From Hormiphora californensis (taxonomy: Eukaryota; Animalia; Ctenophora), in assembly GCA_020137815.1 (NCBI GenBank), contig CM035355.1, forward strand, positions 7,502,001-7,566,000: a DNA stretch of 64,000 nucleotides. The letters run 5' to 3'. Positions 55,730 to 64,000 of this stretch are shown here, piece by piece (the first letter of the stretch is position 1; each line of letters begins with the position of its first letter). Position numbers and translations under genes: made by a program. A model generated the notes under the pieces. That model saw only the letters and a list, made by a program, of their open reading frames with translations. It was not told the DNA's origin and made no database searches.

Positions 55730-58700
55730 CACCCCAGCTGTTCTCACGGTCTCCTTGGGTCCCCGCCCCCGTTGTCCCGGGTAGTGTTACTGTCCCCGGT
55801 GGCATTGCTGTCCTCTGGTAGTTGCTGCGTGGTAGTAAATGGGATGGACGTGTCACGGGGACGTCTCCTGGGCCGGTGAGTGGCTGGGCTCCTCTTGGAG
55901 AAGTGTCAAAGTGCAATTATCGCCAGGAGCGCAGTAAATATTGAATGAGTTGAGCATGTATCTATATAGCTATGATTTTACTTTTGAGACTCAGTTCTCG
56001 CCTACACCAGAAAACACGACTTCTAAACGAGCAGCCAGGAATCTTACAGTACTTGTTGAATTGCGTTTAGTAAGGGGTGAGAGAGTCACCCCTTACTCAA
56101 CAATGTTGGTGATTATATTGATAATTGATGATGATTGTGATCGGGAGGACCCGATCGAAAAGCTTGTATTAGCGAATACAATCTCCAATTGATACAGGAT
56201 CAATAACTCACCATACTGGCCATGATGACCTGTTGCTCTATAGTCAGATGGTTCTCGATTGATAGTACCCATGGGTAGGGGGAGTCGTCTGAACGCAAAC
56301 CGTTAATGCTTTCAGAACCTGTAGGGGAATTGATTATTACTCAAACAAATAGGGAATGGTTGGTTTGACAGTAATCCAACTGTCCCCGATCACTGCGCTT
56401 ACAAACTATAACAAGGACAGCTCATATAATAACTCACATCGAAGAGCCTGATTTTGGTACAGAAAGTTCCCTTGTGCCATACAATGGGGTCCTTATTAGA
56501 CCCGTCAATACAGTCCAACTCAATCACCTGCCCCTTGGAGGAGCACCCTGATGTAGGCCTCAACAGAACTCTGTCCCGAGTACTGTTACCTGGAAATAGT
56601 CTTTTTATATGTGTGAGGTCACTACACGGGCTTCAAGCAGCCGCACCGGGTTCGGCCAGTTCGGAGAGGGCAGTATTTTGTAAGACAACAGGGCGGGTTA
56701 TGATAGCTGATTACCTTTATAAGTAGTGTTGTGAGAATGAGTTGATCCAGTAATAGTTCAGAGGATAACTCAGTTTATCTTTCTTTCCTGTTCACAACAT
56801 CATTTCTCGGCTGTATAACAGGTTACAAAACTCATAACAGAGATTCGCTTCTCTGCTCGGGAGGCTGTTCTACCAGAGATCCTGTTACCCAAAATGTAGA
56901 CTCTCCTTTGAGGGGAAATATCCTCTTTTGAGGAGGAGTTATATGTGATCTTTCTAACACACAAGGGTACGTGACATAGGAGATTTTGTGCGAAATAGGG
57001 GAGTTGACGTTGGGAATTATGGGTGAGGGGCTACGTTTTTCGCTTGGGTGTAAGGGGCTGGTCAAGACTTGTTACTCAAAAAGTCAGGACCGAATACAAT
57101 GTCAGCTTGGTGAGGTATCTGGGAGAATGAAACAGAAGAAAAACGATACCTGGAGTTTCCTTGAGAAACTTTTCAAAGTCTGGGCCAACGCGAGGTCCTT
57201 CTTCGAGTACTTGAAGTTGTGTCCCTCCAACTCGAACATCATACTCAGGGACTTGGGGTCAAAACAAACTAAAATACGGAGACAATGTTGTATGTTCTAA
57301 CTTGATCTACCGAAAATAAAATGTGGGCTGCCTGTGTTGTTTACACCTGCTTTGAAGATCCCCATCTCACCCCTTTAGCTACTAATGAAGATCGTCCATC
57401 TCTAAGCACCCCCCCCATCTATCTACTTACAAAGTCCTGGAAGAACTGCTGCAACGATCGATTGTCATGACTCCACTGATCCTGCTGCTGTAGGTGTTAA
57501 ACCAGTCCTTGAATTCTCAGGAATGTTTATGTTGGGTGATCACCCACTATCGTCTTGAAATCTGAGGAAGAGGTCAGTAGCCAGTATAGGTTTCAAAGCA
57601 AACTGGCGGGGATAAAAGAATGAAAACGAAAATCATTTTGGACATAATCATACACTTCAGCCCCTAAACCCCAAAAAATAGCTGTCTCTTCAGACACTTT
57701 TAACCGTGTTGATCAAGTATACCTCTGCTGTTGATACCGTTCTTTTTCCACTATTCATGTCATGATTATCTGTGGAGCCACCTATTGTATCGGATCAGTG
57801 TAGCGAATCTGCCTCAGTTCTCAGGTGTCCTCATCCACGTTTTAATCCGTTCCAGGTGGACCGCAGTTCTGTAGCATGCAGGGTGGGGGATGTGGTACAG
57901 GGGGTGATATGTGGAAGTCATGTGAGGGGGTGGCTGTCATTGCCTGAACATATTATCATTTCTTTCGGTCAGAGCATTGTCTTGACTGGCTTGGAAAGGG
58001 GTGGCATATGAGTGGTGGCAAGGTCTTACAAGTCCCATCTTACAGTCATGTGGAGAATGGATAGCTCAAAGGTGTTGCCATCGCAGCTCTGCCAATCTTT
58101 CTCCCTCAGGAACTTTGATCAGGTAGGAGGTACCACCGAAACACTCGCATTCATTCTCCGCAAGGTGGGGGTGATCTCCAAAGTTTCCCTGGGGTGGAGA
58201 AAGTGGTAAAGTTACTATCCTAGCCCCTGGCGTGGAGATAGTGATAGACAGAACATGATAATAATTGAGTGATTTACCTGCCGTGTAGCGTGGGGAATTC
58301 TGGGGGTTTCCTGGATCTCAAAATCCCTGATCATCGACAGTTCAACTGAAAATATTAATGTCGGTAACTACATTGCTTTGGCTGATCCCAGATCAACTAG
58401 ATCGAGGCTTGGTTTTCAAAAAAGTACCTCGTCGCGATGATAATACTGTTTATATTGATCAACTGCGATGTGAGCCACACAATGTTCAATGTTTTTACTC
58501 ACTGTGAAAAACAAAGGAAGACTTAGGTTTAGTGAAGGTGAGTCTAAGTAGATCGTCATCAAACAGAAGGTTTAGTTGCTCCATCTTTACAGACTCCCCA
58601 CCAACCACCCCACTTGTTACGTGGTACCTCTTGATTGGGATCTGTATGGCGGAACAAAATTACAGAGTCAACAAAGATACATACAGTGTCAACACAGCAC

Positions 58701-59420
58701 GTTTCTTGTGACCAACTGTTCATGGCGCCGATCTGATTACACTTGTTTTGAGTACAACCACGGGTCCGTCTGGTGCCGCAAGACAGGTATCAATGTTGAA
58801 CCACTATAATAGATTCTAAAGATAATTAAAAACACCACAAAATCAATCAACAAAGACTCTTCAGGGAGAGAGGCCAGCCTTATAGCACACCATGGTACCA
58901 GGAACTATCCTGTAGAGTGTTTCCCAGGATGGGTCTGTGAGGGGGCGGTGGACGGGAGACTCCCTCGTCCCTTGAAAAAATAGGGAGTCAAGTTAGGAAT
59001 GAGTCACACTACTGCACTAATATGACCATATGTAGGTACTCTGCTCTGGCGGCACTGACCCGATCTAGCGGAATCTGGCTACGCCATTCAGTGATTACTT
59101 GAGGGAGATAGATACTATCATTTTATCACTAGGAACAATACCATGGGCGCAGAGGCTGCTTTGCGTCTTCCAGCGTTGTTACCAATCGTCATGTTAAACA
59201 ATTACAGGCAGCACTAAAATAATCACAGATTCACAGCTATACCGCCGGTGTAGTAGTAAACCGCCTCTGAGAGCTCACTCGGTGGTAGCTCACTCGGTGG
59301 TAGGTAAAGTGTCTGGAATTGCTATCACTGATGTTGTATCCAAACTTAGAAGTATAACTCTCTCCTTCTTCTTTTTCACGTGTGCAGAAGCAGCCAGAAG
59401 CACCTATATACGAATAGACA
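55730..59420 (-). pseudogene. 5' exons of the phospholipase C gene (putative PH/EF region and catalytic X box), with many indels
   Basis: SHNT near 56740, QSSVEAYIRVLLQG, IELDCIDGSNKDPIVWHKGTFCTKIRLFDV (56580-56435), VLSIENHLTIEQQVIMA (56270-56215). Upstream exons are tentative. Confidence 0.75.
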
Positions 59421-59503
59421 GGCAGGTGAGTCAGGGCGGACTCATACACAAAACGTAAGCAAACAAATCAACAAGAAAGCTTTGATTGTAGTTCCTTCTT
59501 CAT

Positions 59504-59535
<32 letters not shown>

Positions 59536-60854
59536 TGAGTGAGAAAGAGTCAAGAGAGACAAAGAGAAAAAGAGAGAGAGAGAAAGAGAGGGACTATTTT
59601 TAGCTACAACAAGCCGTTATATATCTAAACCAATACATATGTTAGTAAGTCGGATTTACTTCCCTCATCGCGTCTTCACACTCTCCCCGACAAGGCCATA
59701 AAATAGGGTAATATGATAGCCCGCAGCTCTCAGTCCACAGAATCCCACATTATGTTTCTGATCAGTCTAGAAATATATGCAAAAAAAGAAAAGAGTGAAA
59801 AGTTTCTATATCGCTAGCTCGCGTTATTGCAGACCCCGTTTTAATTCTCATTGCGCCGCTACCACTACCAGACAGCCATATCGACATATCGCCCCTCAGT
59901 CCCAGCCTTGGGTTCCCAGAACACCGTATAACCTTTCCGCGGTATTCCTCTTTTTCTTTTCTTGCAAAAGTTCTGCTGAGCTCAATCTCATTCTCTGTCG
60001 TGACCGGCGTTTGTATCACATTTTTGGCTGTGTGGAAAGACCTCTAGTTCTCTTTCTAACGAGCCCGGATGAAGCAATTTGATCAAGAAATGACCAGTTA
60101 TGGCCAAAAACTATGCATTTGGTGCTAAAAAGTGTACAAACTTTACCACTTGAACCCACAATTTTCCGACTTCTGATGCGCGTTATTGTTTTGCGCGCAA
60201 ACAAATTTTTTGAGCCGCGCGCGGACTTAAGTTTGAAAACTCGAAAATTAAAAATCTTGAAATCTTGAAATTCGAATATTCAAATTCGTTTTTGATCTTT
60301 TTTTAACAGTCGTTTGAAATTTTGAAATCGCTGGCTTATCCGTTTGCCTTATCCTGCTTAGCATTCGTCAACAACAATCTTTCAGTCTCTTTGTGAAAAG
60401 CTCACTTCTTTGGCTTGGGATGCGCTGCAGCGGGCAGCCCGATCAGCCAGGGGCAGTGCCAGCCTGCAAGGCTTTCAGCCGCGCTAGCCCCTTTGCGGAC
60501 GGGGCCAGCAGGGTCCAGGGACTGTAAGCCCCGGTGAGGATCGTTGAGGTGAAAACACCCGGATAATTTTGCAGTTTGGATCACTTTTAACCCCAGAAAT
60601 GCATTTAAAAATGAATGTCGGATCATCACAAGTGCACGCCTGCAACGAGGGGCATGCATCGATAACAGCCCCTTGGCAGCCCCCCACGTTCTAGGGAATC
60701 CCTCTAACAGTCCATTTTTTCAACTGTTTACTGCCTTTTCGACTTGCCTAACTAGAGTACCCGTTTGCTGGGAACCCGTGACCTGGTAAATGGTAATTTA
60801 TCCTCATATAACCGGTGACATTTGTGTTTGATTTTTAAAAGATAAATTAATTTG

Positions 60855-60965
60855 TTCCTTAGCTGGTTGAGCTCATGGTCGAGTTTCTGCAGCGGTCGAG
60901 CAGTTAGCCAACTAGAAGCATCGGGCTCGGAGCCTAGCTCCATCGCACGCTGTGTCCTCATATCA
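60855..60965 (-). mobile_element. Small CRE-like fragment
   Basis: RAMELGSEPDASSWLTARPLQKLDHELN parallels RNFDLLNEKGASSWLTCLPLQSLNFTLN of the element at 18820-20480. Confidence 0.65.
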
Positions 60966-61289
60966 AGTACTGGCTACTTCCAAGATTTCAACAACACACC
61001 TTTTATTCTCTTCACTTTTGTCTTTTTGATTAAAAACGTTTGGAAAAACTTACAAAAATTAATAACAAAACTTTAAATTTGCAAATTGTAAAGAGATTTG
61101 TATTTTAAACAATTAAATGTAACACGCGGAAATAGATACTTTTAACGCTGCAAAAACGCGCGCGATATCCAAAAATCGCCTTTAGCTTTTTATATTTTGA
61201 TCTCGACCGAATTTTCTTGTTTTTAAAAAACTTGAGGAACAGAGGAACGAGAAGAACTTAGCATGAGGATCCAAGGATGAATTGATTTA

Positions 61290-64000
61290 TTGTTTCCGTT
61301 TTTATTCTTCTGTTTATCCCTCTCCTTAAAGAAAAGACAAGAGAAGACGTGTCTGGTTTTTCTAAGTAAAAGATCTCAGAGGACCTCGTTGGGTATTAAC
61401 CAAGACGCCAAGACTTGCAAGGAACGGTTCCTCGCGCCTCTATTTACAGGACAGGATGTCGGGTGTGGCTACCCATGTGGCTACCCATGATGTTATTATG
61501 TGCAAGACAGATATGGAGGGTAAGTTGCTCGCCACGAGCTACTCTGATAGTTGTAAAGGTGCCAGCATAGCACAGAGCATCAAGGATGATACGCGGACCT
61601 CCGAGGGGGACTACCAAACCGATTTGATGGACAGTTATCAAACAACTGTATGCTTTGTTACCGGACACCAGGACGCATCTCTACCCACTCATCTGAATCT
61701 GTATCTTCATTCACGGCAGGGAGATTTACAGAGACGTTGGAAAAGCTGAAAGAGGATCTTCAGGTTCACTTCCGGATCTAGTAGCTCCCAAGGGTTAGGC
61801 AAGATTCTTGCGGCTGATCGAGGAACCATCCCTGACAGTGTGACTCCTCCTGACTCAAATACTGAGAGGCAGTGGCTCCTGTGAACTCCGATAAAGAAGG
61901 TACCTGACAATCAAGGACAAAGGGGAAGATGGACCAATGTGTGAGAAGAAATGGACCGAAGTTGTACGAACAAAAGTGGAAACAGCGTTGAAGAATATTC
62001 CGGTGTAGATCTTTCTGTCAACAAGAGAGGACTAATCTGATGTTTGAGACGGATGATCAGATGGAACAAGCGAAGGAGGTTCTCTCTCCATTCCTTATGT
62101 GTCTTCTGCAGTGGAGAAAGAGAGAAGAAGGATCCCCGGATAATGGTCAATGACCTTGATCAGGACCTGTTAGAGAAGGATAGTCTTCTCTCCGAGATTG
62201 TCAGTGATAAGAATGAGTCAGTGAAGAGGCTTGTTGAGGAGGGTCATGTGTGAAGGTGGTTCATATTAACAAGACAGGGAGATATGCTGTGGATTCAGGT
62301 AACCCCAGAGGTGAGGAAGGTGATTGCTGACGGAAGGACAAGCTCTTTTTGAGCTCCGACAGCACTTTGTTAGGAACAGGTTTTATGTCACTCAGTGTTT
62401 CCACTGTCAGCGCTTTGGTCATGTAGCGGGTCCATCTACTGTCCAAACAAGGATAAATCTGCTGTTTGTGCCTTCTGTACAGGGGATCATGAACTAGGAG
62501 TTGCCAAGCCAAGAAGGATAACGTAGTGAGCAGAATGAAATGTCAACTGGATCATGGAGGAAGCAAAGAGGACAAGCGTCATGCTAAGAGTCACCCAGCC
62601 TCAAGCAGTATGTGTCCATTCTACATCAATGCTAAAGCTAGACTCATGGAGGCACAAGTGGCGTGACTAAGGAGGAAAAAACCTGTAATCAGACGAGGGC
62701 ATGGGAGGACCTGAGAGGAAAACGACTTGGAAGATTGGCTCACTAAATGTTCACTCAATTATGATAAAACGTCAGGTGTAATACACACTTGGAGGAAAAA
62801 GGATGCGACCATCTGGCGGACAGGAGACTTATCTGAAGCAAAGTGACACTGCAAAACTTCAGGAGATTAGAGATTATGGTTGAACATCTTCTCCTCTCCT
62901 AGGGCCGAACGCTCTGGAGGAGGAATTGGATCTTGTACAGGGATGGCGTAAAGATCAAGTACACACCAGTAAAGACTAAGTTTAAATCATTCCAGGTCCA
63001 GGAAGCCCTTATCGGTATTGGGCAGGATCTTACAAGGTTGTGCAATATCTATAGGCCTCCTTACACGGGCAAGGCAAGATATACGGAAGCACAGTTCCTG
63101 GATGAGTTTAATGACTATCTGTCCGAGCTAGTCTGCAAAACTGGATATCCGTTCTGATGGGTGATTTTAACTTCCAAGTCCACGACACCCAGAACTTCTA
63201 TGCCAAGAAATTACTTGCACTGCTTGACTCTCTGGGGTTTGATCAATTAGTTCCAATGCAAACCCACCCATGTGTCGAGGAGGTACTCTTGATCTCTTGC
63301 TGTGCCAAAAAGACAGAGTTTCTAAAGTTCAATCAGTGACAATATTTCCAGAAGGGACAACTTCGGAATCACTTTATGTTTTAGCTGATCTGTTAATCGA
63401 GGACTACTAGAAGTGAATACAAAACCCGTGAACAGATTGACACATAACAGAGATTTTAGGGCAGTTGACCTGGAACTGTTCAGGCGAGCTTTGGAGATGT
63501 GGATTGGAGTGCGGTGATGGAGTCTAAATCTGCTGAGGATGCTTTGGCTGCTTATTCGAGGATAATCGAGGATCTTGTGGAGAGGACTGTCCACTGAAGA
63601 GGAAAAAGAGAAAGGGGCGAAGATAAAGCCATGGAGAGATAATCCAGAGGTGCGTGAGGTTCTTCGACTACGAAGAAAGCGCGAGAGGGCTTGGGAAAGC
63701 AACAGAACTAGTATAACGAAGAAGCAATTCAATGACCTCAGAGAAGTTTGGACGTGTGGATAAAGAGGCGAGAATGAAGTAGTGTGAAAGATGATCTAGA
63801 GAATCAAGGGATGACCCAAAGCACTTCAGAGAAGCTCAGCCGCCTTCTTGGAAACAATGAAACCTTTCTACCGAAACAAGTGATAAGGGAAGCTAGCGGA
63901 TGATTTTGGTGACTTCTTTGTTGGAAAAGTTGAGAGGATCCGAACTACTGTGTTAGAGGAGCAGAACCAGAGGACAACGAGGAATGTTTTACATCGACCC
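61290..64000 (+). mobile_element. Second, diverged and indel-rich copy of the L2-group family (5' UTR, ORF1, APE; runs off the window)
   Basis: Colinear with 35417-32700: CCTCGCGCC..ATGTCGGG, DPRIMVNDLDQDLL, TQCFHCQRFGH, YRDGVKIK..YRPPYTGKARY, KPWRDN. Confidence 0.9.

Noticed and set aside
56715-56735. Second SL-like match (CAACACTACTT)
   Set aside because: Only 11 nt, and it falls on the PLC SHNTY codons.

Overview
Intron-containing, gene-dense animal DNA, most likely from a ctenophore (Pleurobrachia-like). This is inferred from a 42-nt match to the ctenophore spliced leader (SL) as I recall it, plus MITE families I associate with Pleurobrachia. Host genes: a tight minus-strand run UFL1 -> KCTD3/SHKBP1 (with a same-strand intronless GPCR in an intron) -> TBC1D20 -> frataxin; a divergent intronless Hsp70 lacking EEVD; a plus-strand pair (divergent bL34m-like protein -> BRAP); eIF1A -> a bacterial-type flavin amine oxidase; and a disrupted PLC-gamma-like gene containing a truncated PIM/PASK-like kinase and an env-bearing Gypsy element. 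Mobile DNA is abundant: L2, CR1, CRE and RTE non-LTR elements, a short Helitron, many MITEs with clear TSDs, and a 1.1-kb palindrome. The standout is an intact L2-group LINE (30497-35459, minus strand). Its 5' end is the spliced leader itself, it lies in sense orientation in a host intron, and its ATG-less ORF2 overlaps ORF1 at an A-AAA-AAC slippery site. Together with unpaired splice acceptors in front of closely packed genes (candidate operons), this suggests a retrotransposon that uses host SL trans-splicing instead of its own promoter. Sequence right of about 47.4 kb has many indels, which could be decay or low-quality consensus. All exon boundaries were read by eye; no searches were run.
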